Shown here: positions 19,844 through 29,368 of the stretch, one piece after another
Layout of the letters: each line of letters opens with the position of its first letter
How positions within the stretch are numbered: position 1 is the stretch's first letter
Origin: a bacterium
Lineage (GTDB): Bacteria > UBA8248
Direction of reading: 5' to 3'
Length of the DNA: 64,000 nucleotides
Assembly (NCBI GenBank): GCA_965261085.1
Contig: OZ253442.1
Span: 2,272,001 to 2,336,000, forward strand
Position numbers and translations under genes: made by a program
The notes under the pieces: model-generated
What the model saw: the letters and a program-made list of their open reading frames with translations, nothing else
Told to the model about the DNA's origin: nothing
Database searches by the model: none

Positions 19844-20701
19844 ATGCCGTTCGAACTGGTCGCCCTGAGCCCGGCTATCTTCTTTTCCCTCTCGAGCATC
19901 ATGACCAGGAGAGGGCTGGACGGCAGTACGCCGCACACGGGGAGTCTGGTCGTCCTCTTCATGCAGTTGTTTTTCTTCTCCTTTTGCCTGGTGGCGGTGG
20001 ATTTCTCCAAAATATCGCCCTCGATCTACTGGCTCGCCTTTCTGTCGGCGGGGCTCTCCTCGCCCGCGTTGTCCCTGTTGTTCCTGTACCGCTCGATCCA
20101 GAGGATCGGCGTGGCCCCCACGAGCGCCATCTCCAATACCCACGCCATTTTCGGGGCGCTTTGGGCTTTCATGTTTTTGGGAGAACGCCCGCCCGTCATC
20201 GTGTGGCTGGGGATTCTCTTCGTGGTGGCCGGTGTTTTCTGGATGTCGAGCGGAGGAGGTCCGCTCGCAAGGGGACGGGTGCTGCTTCTGCCGTTTCTCT
20301 CGGCCGCTTTTTTCGGACTCGCCCACATGCTCAGAAAAATGGGGCTGGGGGGGATGGACTCGCTCGTTTTCGGGGGATTCCTCCAATCCCTCTCGGCGTG
20401 CGCCGTGGGGCCGTTGTTCCTGAAGGCGAGCACGGGGTGGCGCCCGTTCGTGTTCAACCGCCCCTCGCTGATAAATTTCTTCTGGGCGGGGCTTGCGATG
20501 GCGGCCGCCCAGTTATGCCTGATGGCCGCCCTGAGCATGGGAGAAGTTTCCCGCGTCTCGCCCATGGTGGCGACGGTGCCGCTCTTTACGATCGCGCTGG
20601 CGCCCCTGATTCTCGGGAAGCGGGAGAGAATCACGCGGCGCATCGTTTTGGGCGCGCTCTTCACCGTGGCGGGGGTGGTTCTGGTGACGGCGCTCCGATA
20701 G
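19844..20701 (+). CDS. DMT/EamA family transporter
   Basis: About 10 TM segments in two EamA repeats (AFMFLGE; VSPMVATVPLF..GKRERIT). Confidence 0.85.
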   Translation: MPFELVALSPAIFFSLSSIMTRRGLDGSTPHTGSLVVLFMQLFFFSFCLVAVDFSKISPSIYWLAFLSAGLSSPALSLLFLYRSIQRIGVAPTSAISNTHAIFGALWAFMFLGERPPVIVWLGILFVVAGVFWMSSGGGPLARGRVLLLPFLSAAFFGLAHMLRKMGLGGMDSLVFGGFLQSLSACAVGPLFLKASTGWRPFVFNRPSLINFFWAGLAMAAAQLCLMAALSMGEVSRVSPMVATVPLFTIALAPLILGKRERITRRIVLGALFTVAGVVLVTALR

Positions 20702-20854
20702 ACCAGGGGGTGGGATCCCTGTCGCCGCTAAAGGAAAATTATCCGATAAAACCTTATTATTCAATCATTTAACCATTCAGAAATTTATCGAAAAACCCCG
20801 TGAATTTATCGATATTTTCAGAAATTCCTTATTCTCGAACGCGGCGATGCGCTT

Positions 20855-20988
20855 CGCCATCATACACGCGCGCGCCTTGAGTCCCGCGACGGCAAATGCG
20901 GGGAAATGCGTTTCATCGTCGCCGAACATAGAGAACCGCCACGCCATTATACAGGCGCGCTCCCGATCCTCCCGACGGAAAATGCGGG
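20855..20988. repeat. Two imperfect ~47-bp direct repeats in a long intergenic region
   Basis: CGCCATCATACACGCGCGC...CCCGCGACGGCAAATGCGGG (20855-20902) and CGCCATTATACAGGCGCGC...CCCGACGGAAAATGCGGG (20942-20988). Confidence 0.6.
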
Positions 20989-21213
20989 ACGGGCCCTTAT
21001 CCTACAGTCGGCAAAACCTCCCTCCTCGCTCGGAATTCACCACATCCAAAAAAAGGGTTGACAGAATGCGCGATGAGCGTTAATTGAAAATAGATGAATG
21101 TTCAGACATGATGGGGTTTTCTTTCTTATTCTGCAAAAAGACATGAACGGGTTGCAACATAGAGAGCAATGCCGAACGCATCATCCCCTATCGCCCTATG
21201 GGAGGATGACATC

Positions 21214-21570
21214 ATGCAGCAATCTTCTGTAAAGAGCCGTTCCTCCGCGTCCGGCGCCGCCGAGATTCTGCGGCATATTTTCGGGGATATCGAGCACGGG
21301 CTCCACTTGCGCTTGTGGGACGGGTCGGCCCTGTCAATAGGACGCGAGGTGCTCCCCGTCACCTTAACGTTTACGTCACTGAATGCCTTCAAGCGCGTTT
21401 TGTTGAATCCCGAGGCGAATACTTTTGCGGAAGCGTATTGTGACGGAGATATCGAAGTCGACGGGGACTTGTTCGAGGCCATGAAGGCGGCCGACAGCTT
21501 CGACACGATTGAACTGACCACAATGCAAAAATTCATGTTCGCCCTGCGTATATGGAAACTGTCCGAATGA
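21214..21570 (+). CDS. Stand-alone N-terminal (lipid-binding) domain of a cyclopropane-fatty-acid-synthase-like protein
   Basis: LRLWDGS...FAEAYCDGDIEVDGDL resembles the Cfa N-terminal domain; GGAGG RBS; ATGA overlap with the next gene. Confidence 0.7.
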   Translation: MQQSSVKSRSSASGAAEILRHIFGDIEHGLHLRLWDGSALSIGREVLPVTLTFTSLNAFKRVLLNPEANTFAEAYCDGDIEVDGDLFEAMKAADSFDTIELTTMQKFMFALRIWKLSE

Positions 21571-22679
21571 GCGCCTGGGATGTTCTCATCGTCGGAGGCG
21601 GCCCGGGGGGCAGCACGGCCGCCTGGGAGTTGGCGAAGCGGGGCCGCCGGGTATTGCTTCTCGATGCGGCCACGTTTCCGCGCGTAAAACTTTGTGCGGG
21701 CTGGGTGACGAAGAAGGTGATGGCCGACCTGGAACTCGAACCGGGTGAATACCCCCATACCATACAGCCGTTTCAGAGCGTGTTCGTGGGCTATGACGAC
21801 AAGCTCCTCGAGACGAAATGGAGCGAGCCTGCGAGCTACGGAATCATCAGGAGCCAGTTCGATACCTATCTTTTGAGACGCGCGCAGGAAGAGGGCGCCG
21901 AAGTGCGCGAGGGCGTCCGCGTCCGGGGTATCGAGAAAACTGCAGGTGGGATGCGCGTGGATATAGGTGATGAAATTATCGAAGTTCCCCTCGTCATCGG
22001 GGCGGGGGGACATACCTGCCCCGTAGCCAGGACTTTCGGCGACGTCTCCTCGAAAGAATCCGTCGTCCTGACGCAAGAGAGTGAAACGAACGTGGGCGCC
22101 GAAAAACTCCGCGCCCTGGCGCCCCACTACGGTTTGCCCGAACTGTTTGCGGAACCCGACTTCAGGGGTTATGCGTGGTATTTTACAAAAGGAGATTTTT
22201 TGAACATCGGCGTGGGGTGCATCGGCAAGCGCCCGAACGTTCATGAGCGCCTCGAGATTCTGCTCGACAGATTCCGCCGAACGGGGAGGTTGCCCGCGAA
22301 GCTCGAACTCACGAAATTCCGGGGCCACGCCTATTCGGTCTATCGCAGGCACGTTCGCCGGCCGGTGGGCGATGGGTTCGCCTTGATCGGCGACGCCGCA
22401 GGACTCGCTAAGGATTTCAGCGGGGAGGGCATCGGCCCCGCCGTCCATAGTGCTAAAATGGCGGCGCGGGCCGCCCATGCGTATCTGGATACGGGGGAGG
22501 GTCTCGTCGAATACGGTGAGGCGCTTTCCGCGAAATACGGAAGCGGCGGGGAAGGGATGCTCGACAAATTGATCGACCGCGTTCCCGACAATGTTCTTTT
22601 CGGCGTGGCCAGGTTTATTTGCGGCAACGCCTGGCTCAGACGCCGATTGGTTCTGGAAGGCGCATTCGGAATAGGTTAA
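21567..22679 (+). CDS. Geranylgeranyl-reductase-family FAD-dependent oxidoreductase
   Basis: DVLIVGGGPGGS, FPRVKLCAG, RSQFDTYL, GYAWYF, IGDAAG...SGEGIGPA. Confidence 0.85.
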   Translation: MSAWDVLIVGGGPGGSTAAWELAKRGRRVLLLDAATFPRVKLCAGWVTKKVMADLELEPGEYPHTIQPFQSVFVGYDDKLLETKWSEPASYGIIRSQFDTYLLRRAQEEGAEVREGVRVRGIEKTAGGMRVDIGDEIIEVPLVIGAGGHTCPVARTFGDVSSKESVVLTQESETNVGAEKLRALAPHYGLPELFAEPDFRGYAWYFTKGDFLNIGVGCIGKRPNVHERLEILLDRFRRTGRLPAKLELTKFRGHAYSVYRRHVRRPVGDGFALIGDAAGLAKDFSGEGIGPAVHSAKMAARAAHAYLDTGEGLVEYGEALSAKYGSGGEGMLDKLIDRVPDNVLFGVARFICGNAWLRRRLVLEGAFGIG

Positions 22680-22700
22680 AACAACAACATTGAGGCGGCT

Positions 22701-23618
22701 ATGGCAAAAGAGAGAACAAAAGAATTCGATGCCGAGGCGATCTCACACCACTACGACATTTCCAACGAGTTTTACGAGCAGTTCCTGTGCGAGAACTTGG
22801 TGTATACGTGCGCCTACTACCGAGAGCCCGACGGCGATCTCGATCAGGCGCAGCGCGACAAGCTGGATCTGGTTTGCAGGAAGCTCAGGCTGGCTCCCGG
22901 AGATGATTACCTCGACATCGGCTGCGGATGGGGTTCACTGGCGATATGGGCGGCGAAGCACTACGGCGTGAACGCCACCGGCGTGACGCTCTCGCGCGAG
23001 CAGGCGAAATGGGGCCAGGAGTGGGTTCGCCGCGAGGGACTGGAAGGCAGATGCGAAATCCATCACATGGATTATCGGGATTTTCCCGAAGAGAGGACTT
23101 TTGCGAAAATTTCCGCCATCGGCATCATTGAGCACGTCGGCATCGCGAATTACCCGAGCTACTTCACTTCGGTGCGAAATCGTCTGCGCGACGGGGGCTT
23201 GTTCCTGAACCACGGGATTACGACGAACAAATTCTGGAAACACACGAGCCAGATCGATTTTCTGCTTCGCAACGTGTTTCCCAACGCCGAGATGGACAAC
23301 ATCTCTCATATTCAGGACGTGATGGAGCGGATGCGGTGGGAGATTCTGGACGTGGAGAACCTGAGGCTCCACTATGCGCGCACGTGCCAGCAATGGTATG
23401 AGAGATTCGAGGAAAACGCCGAAAAGATAAAGAAACTGGTGGGCGAGCGCACCTACCGGGTGTATCGAATCTGGCTGGTTTGTTCGGCGAACGCGTTTTT
23501 CTGCAATTCGCTGGGTCTCTATCAGGTTCTGGCCCAAAAATATGAAATGAAATATGGCCGTGGCGCGCCGACGACTCGCGAGGATATCTATAGAGCGCTT
23601 CTCGGCCTGGACGGCTGA
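22701..23618 (+). CDS. Cyclopropane-fatty-acyl-phospholipid synthase-family SAM methyltransferase (catalytic domain only)
   Basis: ISHHYDISNEFY, YTCAYY, LDIGCGWG, GVTLS, IEHVG, ENLRLHYARTC; begins directly at the catalytic domain. Confidence 0.9.
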   Translation: MAKERTKEFDAEAISHHYDISNEFYEQFLCENLVYTCAYYREPDGDLDQAQRDKLDLVCRKLRLAPGDDYLDIGCGWGSLAIWAAKHYGVNATGVTLSREQAKWGQEWVRREGLEGRCEIHHMDYRDFPEERTFAKISAIGIIEHVGIANYPSYFTSVRNRLRDGGLFLNHGITTNKFWKHTSQIDFLLRNVFPNAEMDNISHIQDVMERMRWEILDVENLRLHYARTCQQWYERFEENAEKIKKLVGERTYRVYRIWLVCSANAFFCNSLGLYQVLAQKYEMKYGRGAPTTREDIYRALLGLDG

Positions 23619-23642
23619 GCAGCACCTGCGCATACGCCCCGG

Positions 23643-24635
23643 ATGAACACGTACGCTTCTTCGCTCACCCCTCCTTTCCGCCCGGCCTGGTATTGCCGGG
23701 GGCGTCACCTCCAAAGTATATGGGGATATTTTTTAAGGGCGCGCCCGCGCGTCGTCTGGCGGCGCGAGCGTTGGGATACGCCCGACGGCGATTTTCTGGA
23801 CGTCGATTTCCTGGATGCAGACGAGCCGGATGCTCCGACGCTGCTCGTGCTGCACGGACTGGAAGGCTCTTCGGACTCTCATTACGTGCGCGGGGCGGCA
23901 GTCAGAGCGCGCACGCTGGGCTGGCGGACGCTGGCGCTCAACTACCGCTCTTGCAGCGGCGAGCCGAACCGGAATCCCAAATTTTATCATTGCGGGGAGA
24001 CGGGAGACCTGGGCTTCGTGGCCGGGCGGATTATCGAGCGTTTCGGTGGCCCGCTCGTGCTCGCGGGCTTCTCCCTGGGGGGAAACGTGCTGCTCAAGTG
24101 GCTTGGAGAATGCGCCGATGGCGTGTCCTCTCGCATACGCGGGGCCGCCTGTATTTCTGCGAGCTTACAGCCCGCCGCTTGCGCGAAGGTTCTCGATTCC
24201 GCGCGGGGCTATTTTTACAGGCGGCACCTGCTGGGCAGCATGAAGGAAAAAGCAGAGCGTTTCTCGGAACTGCACCCCGGCCTCATCGACATCGAGGGGG
24301 TGAGGCGCGCGCGGACTTTTCACCATTTCGACCGCCTGGTCATCGCGCCCCTGTATGGTTTCAGTGATGAGCTGGATTACTACAGACAAGCAGACGCTTC
24401 TCCTTATTTGCCCCGAATCCGGGTGAAAACGCTTATCCTCACCGCGGAGGATGACCCCATCGTTCCGCCCCACGCTTTTCCCCACGATCAGGTGGCGGAT
24501 TCGGATTGGCTGAGCGGCATTTTGGTGAAAAAGGGCGGGCACGTGGGTTTCGTGTCGGGCGGAAACCCCCGCTCGCCGGTCTACTGGGCCGAGGAGCGCG
24601 GGTTCGAATTTTTGGAAAATTGCCTAAAAAGCTGA
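23643..24635 (+). CDS. YheT-family alpha/beta hydrolase
   Basis: HLQSI, TPDGDFLD, HGLEGS, GFSLGGN nucleophile, EDDP, GGHVGF. Confidence 0.88.
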   Translation: MNTYASSLTPPFRPAWYCRGRHLQSIWGYFLRARPRVVWRRERWDTPDGDFLDVDFLDADEPDAPTLLVLHGLEGSSDSHYVRGAAVRARTLGWRTLALNYRSCSGEPNRNPKFYHCGETGDLGFVAGRIIERFGGPLVLAGFSLGGNVLLKWLGECADGVSSRIRGAACISASLQPAACAKVLDSARGYFYRRHLLGSMKEKAERFSELHPGLIDIEGVRRARTFHHFDRLVIAPLYGFSDELDYYRQADASPYLPRIRVKTLILTAEDDPIVPPHAFPHDQVADSDWLSGILVKKGGHVGFVSGGNPRSPVYWAEERGFEFLENCLKS

Positions 24636-24644
24636 CTCGGGCGT

Positions 24645-25739
24645 TCAAGCGCCTCTGTCGTATTCCCTTGCCTTGAGTTTCTCGTGGCGCGCCATCGCGC
24701 AGCCGATCAAGCGGTCCAGCATTTCGGGGTAGGGGACGTCCGCCGCCTGGATCATCCGGGGATATCCGCTCAACTGCGTGAAGCCGGGCAGGGTGTTCAC
24801 CTCGTTGATGTAGGTCTCACCCGTTTTCTCACGGTAGAAGAAATCCACGCGGGCGAGTCCCGAGCAGCCCAGGACGCGGAATGCGTTCCGCGCATACGAG
24901 CGGGTGTGCTCGGCGAGGGATTCCTCCACCGGAGCGGGGATGATCAACTCCGCGCGGCCTTCCTCGTATTTCGCCTCGTAGTCGTACCAGCCCGAATGCG
25001 TTCTGATCTCCATGAGCGGACTGGCGAGGATGTCGCCCGGTGAGGGCCCCTCGAGCACGGAGCACTCGAGTTCGCGGCCCTGCGCGTGTTCTTCGATCAG
25101 GACTTTGCTATCGAAGCGGAAGGCGTCTGCGACCGCGTCGTGAAGATCATCGAGCCTCTCCACCAGGTGGACGCCGACGCTGCTGCCGGAAGATGAAGGC
25201 TTTACGAACAGGGGATAGCCGATTTTAGAAGCCGTCTCCTTTGAGAGGGCCTCTCGCGCCGTCTCCCACGTTTCGGGAAACAGCGTGAGAGCGGGCAGAA
25301 CGGGAAGCCCCGCCGCGCGCAGCACCGCCTTGGCCACGGCCTTGTCCATCGTGACTGCGGAGGAGGCGCACCCCGAACCAACGAACGGAACTTCAGCCAG
25401 TTCGAACAGGCCCTGAAGGGTGCCGTCTTCCCCGAAAGTGCCGTGGATAATGGGGAAAAAGACGTCTACCGCGAGAGGCTCATTCTTCCCGGCGTATTTG
25501 AGGGGTTTTCCGCTCGGGGTGCCCGAGAAGAGAACCTCCTCGCCGTCTTCGGGCGGCGCGTCGGGGCTGGGGAGGACGATCCATCCACCCGATTTCGTGA
25601 TGAGCAGGGGATGGACGTCGTATTTCCCGGGGTCCAATTCCGCCATGATGGAGCGGCCCGAATTGCGGCTCACTTCGTGTTCGGTCGAGCGGCCGCCGAA
25701 TACCACGCCGACGCTCATCTTTCGGGATGCTGACGCCAT
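24645..25739 (-). CDS. ddl: D-alanine--D-alanine ligase
   Basis: FGGRSTEHEVS, HGTFGEDGTLQG, MDK, VKPSSSGSSVG, YDYEAKY, ARVDFF, NEVNTLPGFT. Confidence 0.95.
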   Translation of the reverse strand: MASASRKMSVGVVFGGRSTEHEVSRNSGRSIMAELDPGKYDVHPLLITKSGGWIVLPSPDAPPEDGEEVLFSGTPSGKPLKYAGKNEPLAVDVFFPIIHGTFGEDGTLQGLFELAEVPFVGSGCASSAVTMDKAVAKAVLRAAGLPVLPALTLFPETWETAREALSKETASKIGYPLFVKPSSSGSSVGVHLVERLDDLHDAVADAFRFDSKVLIEEHAQGRELECSVLEGPSPGDILASPLMEIRTHSGWYDYEAKYEEGRAELIIPAPVEESLAEHTRSYARNAFRVLGCSGLARVDFFYREKTGETYINEVNTLPGFTQLSGYPRMIQAADVPYPEMLDRLIGCAMARHEKLKAREYDRGA

Positions 25740-25796
25740 TTTCGGCGAATCCTTCCTCGCGGGATGCGGTTGAAGCCTTTCAGGTGGGCGTGGGGC

Positions 25797-26363
25797 TTAA
25801 CGTATCAGTTTCGAGAGGAATTTAAAATCCTCGGTTCCCGCCACGCGGAGTAAATCGAAGAGCGCCTGCTCGGTCGTGGCGGGAATGGCCCCTGCGCGTT
25901 CCAGGGCGGAGAGGCCCGTCCGCCAGTTCAGTTTCGAGCGCGAACAGGTGGCGTCGGCCACCACGTGGACGATGAAGCCGTTATCCAGCAAGTCGAGCGC
26001 CGTCTGGTAGCAGCACACGTGCGTCTCCGCACCCGTGAGCAGTATCTTCGTTCTGCCCGTCTCATGCAGGCGCGGCAGGAACGTCTCCTCCGCGCAGCAA
26101 CTGAACGAAATTTTCTCGATGGGGGAGAACCCAGGCGCCTTCTCCGCCACCGCTTCGACGGTGGGCCCGAGCCCTTTTGGGTATTGCTCGGTGACGAGGA
26201 CCGGAAAATCGAGGCGCGTCGCCGTTTCGGCCAGCGTCAGGATGCGCCCGACGACTTGGGCGCGCACGTCCTCGCGCATGGCGGACATGAGCCTCTCCTG
26301 CGCGTCGACGATGAGCAGGAGGCAGTCTTCGGGTTTGAGTCGAAACGAATCGATGTCCGGCAT
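25797..26363 (-). CDS. Isochorismatase-family hydrolase (YcaC/ISOC-like)
   Basis: VDAQERL, TEQYPKGLG, KISFSC, ETHVC..QT. Confidence 0.9.
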   Translation of the reverse strand: MPDIDSFRLKPEDCLLLIVDAQERLMSAMREDVRAQVVGRILTLAETATRLDFPVLVTEQYPKGLGPTVEAVAEKAPGFSPIEKISFSCCAEETFLPRLHETGRTKILLTGAETHVCCYQTALDLLDNGFIVHVVADATCSRSKLNWRTGLSALERAGAIPATTEQALFDLLRVAGTEDFKFLSKLIR

Positions 26364-26518
26364 GCGCTCTCCTCAAGCGGGAAACCGTGAACGAGGCTAT
26401 TACAGCGTCTCTCGGGGGTCAAGGATTGGCCTGATGCCTTGATTCGCGCATGTGCGTGGGATAGCATCGCTGGGCGAAATTTTTCAGCCATCATGGATAT
26501 CAACAAAAGGGGGAAAAC

Positions 26519-27508
26519 ATGCCGGATAAGGCGAAAGTCGTCCTGACCGATTACGTCTGGGATTCTTTGGACGTGGAGAACGAGATTTTGGGAGATCTGG
26601 CCGATATCGTCGCCATGCAGACGAAGACGCCGGCGGAATTTCTCGCAGAAGCCGCCGATTGCGACGCGGTGCTCAACACCTACGCCGGCCCCATCACGCG
26701 AGAGGACATGGCGGGGATGCCGCGTTGCAAGATCATCGCGCGCTACGGCATCGGGGTGGACACCATCGATCTGGACGCCGCCACGGAGGCGGGCATCATC
26801 GTCACGAACAACCCCACCTACTGCATCGAGGAAGTCGCCGAGCACACGATGGCGCTCCTGCTCGCATCGGCGAGAAAGGTGGCCTTCTACGATAGACAGG
26901 TGCGCGCGGGCGAGTGGGCGGTGCCGCCGGGCAAGCCGATGTTCCGCCTCGTGGGCGCCACGCTGGGGCTGGTGGGCTTCGGCAACATCGCCCGCATGGT
27001 GGCCGTTCGCGCCGCTTCGTTCGGGATGAGGGTGCTCTTCAGCGACCCCTTCGTGGAGCAGGGCCAGTTCGATGCGCCCGGGGAAAAGATGGAACTGCCC
27101 GAGATGTTCGCCGAATCGGATTTCGTCTCCATCCATCCGCCGCTCATCCCGCAGACGCGCGGGATGATGAACGACGAGGCGTTCGCGCAGATGAAGAACA
27201 CCGCCGTCATCGTCAACTGCTCAAGGGGTCCGATTATCGACACGGACGCCCTGGTGCGCGCGCTCGATTCAGGCGAAATCGCAGGCTGCGCCCTCGATAC
27301 GACCGACCCCGAACCCCTGCCCGATCCGCACCCCCTGCGGGGGCGTGAGAACGTCATCATCAACCCCCACGCGGCCTGGTATAGCGAAGAATCCATGGTT
27401 GGCCTCCAGCAAGGGGCGCCCAACGAAGTCAAGCGCATACTTTCGGGCGACTGGCCCGTGAATGTGGTCAACAGGGCCGTAAAGGACAACAACCGCGCGG
27501 GTCTGTAG
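26519..27508 (+). CDS. CtBP-like D-2-hydroxyacid dehydrogenase
   Basis: RYGIGVD, YCIEEVAEH, GLVGFGNIA, VNCSRG, PHAAWYS. Confidence 0.9.
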   Translation: MPDKAKVVLTDYVWDSLDVENEILGDLADIVAMQTKTPAEFLAEAADCDAVLNTYAGPITREDMAGMPRCKIIARYGIGVDTIDLDAATEAGIIVTNNPTYCIEEVAEHTMALLLASARKVAFYDRQVRAGEWAVPPGKPMFRLVGATLGLVGFGNIARMVAVRAASFGMRVLFSDPFVEQGQFDAPGEKMELPEMFAESDFVSIHPPLIPQTRGMMNDEAFAQMKNTAVIVNCSRGPIIDTDALVRALDSGEIAGCALDTTDPEPLPDPHPLRGRENVIINPHAAWYSEESMVGLQQGAPNEVKRILSGDWPVNVVNRAVKDNNRAGL

Positions 27509-27524
27509 GTCAAACGCTCGCTCC

Positions 27525-29050
27525 TCGGGGTTGTTGAATAACCCGGTTTCGGGAGCGGGCGGTATGGAGGGTCACGCGGCGGCGGACAGGAAGCCCGCGC
27601 AGCTTGCGAGGCCGCGATGGACGCACAGAGGCTCTTCCCGGGCCGACCAGGCCCTCCAGAGGGCGAATAACCTTGCAGCAAGTGCGGCGGAGAGCCGCTT
27701 GAGGTTGATCGCCGCCGCCGTCAGGTAGGACTGTATCTTCATGTTCTCAAGACCGCGCCGCACCGCGCGCGCAAGCCCGTGCCAGGTCTTCGCCTCGCCG
27801 TGGTAGCCCTCCGAGCGCCACATATGACGCCGGTACATCCGCCGCTCCTCCTCCCTCCATCGCGCATGGCGCCGGCGCGCGCGCAACAGCGCCGGATACG
27901 CATGCGGAACCAACACCACCTTGCTCGACCACGCCTTCGGCAGGCAATCCTCGCGAAGCGCGCAGCCCGCGCAATCACGGGTCTTCGAACGATAATAACG
28001 CCCCCCCTTTGCGGGCCGACGGGGGCTCAGTATCTTGCCGCGCGGACACTTCACGATGTCGTGCCGCGCGTCGTAGCGGAACAGGCGCAACGGAACACGG
28101 CTCTGCGAGGGTTCCCTCTTCGCCGGAATGAGCGCGGCCACACCCCGGCGCTCCAGGGCCGCGTAGACCTTCGAGTAGGCGTAGCCAGAGTCCGCCGTCA
28201 CCATCGCGGGCGCGCGCCCCGATACCTCGCATACCGCTTCCACCTGCGATTCGAGCACCTCACGCTCGTTCACCGTACCCTCCGTCACCGATACGTCGAG
28301 CACCACCCCGCGCGTGTCGTCCACCACAGCGTGCTGCTTGTAGCTCGGCTCGAATCCCCCGCCCGTTCTCGCCAGCCGCGCGTCCGGGTCCGTCCGGCTC
28401 ACCTTCCCGGAACCCCCGCCACGGCGGCCTCCTCCACCCTTCTTCCCGGCCTCCTCCTCGACGGGGTTCTCCGCTATCACCTCGTCCACGTGACGCTCCA
28501 CCAGACTCTCCCAACTCACGTCCGCGCGGATCAATGAGGCGTCCACGTGCACGACTTCGGCCTTGGCCACCTTCGCATCCAGGCACGCACGGACCGTGCG
28601 GCGGAATATCTCCCGGAACCGGGCCTCCCCCCAGCGCTGCCGTATCCGCGTCAGGCTCGAATGATCCGGCAGCCGATCCTCCAGCCCGTAACCGATGAAC
28701 CACCGGATCGCGATGTTCACCTGCGCCTCGCGCATCAACCGACGGTCGTGCACGAACCCCAGCAGAAGGCCCGCCAACATCAACCGAACCGCCACTTCGG
28801 GGTCGATCCCAGGACGGCCGTTGTCCGCGCAATAACAATCCGCCACTTCCTCGCGCAGCCAACTCAGGTCCAGAACGCGGTTCACGCGGGCCAATATGTG
28901 ATCCTCGGGAATCAACCTCTCCAGCGAACCGGTGATGAACAAATCCATCTGGGCGCGGTTCTTGCGTCCCAACATCGCGGATATTCCCTTCTCGGGCGCG
29001 TAATATCCATACATCCAAGCATAGAGTCAGGGGTTTTTCAACAACCCCGA
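27525..29050 (-). mobile_element. IS1182-family insertion sequence
   Basis: Terminal inverted repeats TCGGGGTTGTTGAATAACCC (27525-27544) and GGGTTTTTCAACAACCCCGA (29031-29050), one mismatch in 20, enclosing a transposase. The outermost 1-2 bp of each end are uncertain. Confidence 0.88.
27572..28975 (-). CDS. IS1182-family DDE transposase
   Basis: IPEDHIL, GRPGIDP, LPDHSSL, HVDAS, TDPDA, ADSGY, CxxC, EAKTWHGL; likely start MLGRK. Confidence 0.92.
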   Translation of the reverse strand: MLGRKNRAQMDLFITGSLERLIPEDHILARVNRVLDLSWLREEVADCYCADNGRPGIDPEVAVRLMLAGLLLGFVHDRRLMREAQVNIAIRWFIGYGLEDRLPDHSSLTRIRQRWGEARFREIFRRTVRACLDAKVAKAEVVHVDASLIRADVSWESLVERHVDEVIAENPVEEEAGKKGGGGRRGGGSGKVSRTDPDARLARTGGGFEPSYKQHAVVDDTRGVVLDVSVTEGTVNEREVLESQVEAVCEVSGRAPAMVTADSGYAYSKVYAALERRGVAALIPAKREPSQSRVPLRLFRYDARHDIVKCPRGKILSPRRPAKGGRYYRSKTRDCAGCALREDCLPKAWSSKVVLVPHAYPALLRARRRHARWREEERRMYRRHMWRSEGYHGEAKTWHGLARAVRRGLENMKIQSYLTAAAINLKRLSAALAARLFALWRAWSAREEPLCVHRGLASCAGFLSAAA

Positions 29051-29117
29051 TGAAGGAGCGTTTGCCGCGACCGATGAAGGAGCGTTTGCCGCGACCGATG
29101 AAGGAGCGTTTGCCGCG
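29047..29117 (+). repeat. Three tandem copies of a 24-bp unit abutting the IS end
   Basis: CCGATGAAGGAGCGTTTGCCGCG(A) at 29047, 29071 and 29095, with no spacers. Confidence 0.9.
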
Positions 29118-29152
29118 GTGGCCTTTCACTTTCTAGGCTTCCGCGCCACGGA

Positions 29153-29368
29153 TCACCCGGCCTTGAGCGAGCGCAGCGGCAGGGCTTCGGTCTCCAGTGT
29201 GGAGAGATCGAGGCGCCGCGACGCATTGTCGATGTCGAAACCGAGCACGCCGCCTTCGGCGTCGAGGTCGACGTTCAGTCCGTCCGAAACCTCGCGCGTC
29301 TCCGCGCCCGACCCGGGTTTGAACTCGATATAGAGGCTATCGGTCTCAGGATAGTAGTGCAGCTTCAT
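29153..29368 (-). CDS. DUF2283-family small protein (putative antitoxin)
   Basis: MKLHYYPETDSLYIEF...ETREVSDGLNVDLDAEGGVLGFDIDNAS; AGGAGG RBS. Confidence 0.85.
   Translation of the reverse strand: MKLHYYPETDSLYIEFKPGSGAETREVSDGLNVDLDAEGGVLGFDIDNASRRLDLSTLETEALPLRSLKAG

Noticed and set aside
21126-22478. Long alternative-frame ORFs (e.g. 21126..22478-, 5814..7061-, 55074..56570-, 4648..5685+)
   Set aside because: Antisense shadows of well-supported genes in high-GC DNA, with no recognisable motifs.
24645-25739. Van-type D-Ala-D-Lac ligase near a D-hydroxyacid dehydrogenase
   Set aside because: The omega loop YDYEAKY is Ddl-type, there is no vanX/R/S, and the dehydrogenase is CtBP-like and on the other strand.
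29047-29117. Possible CRISPR array (three 24-bp repeats)
   Set aside because: The repeats are head-to-tail with no spacers, and there are no cas genes in the window.
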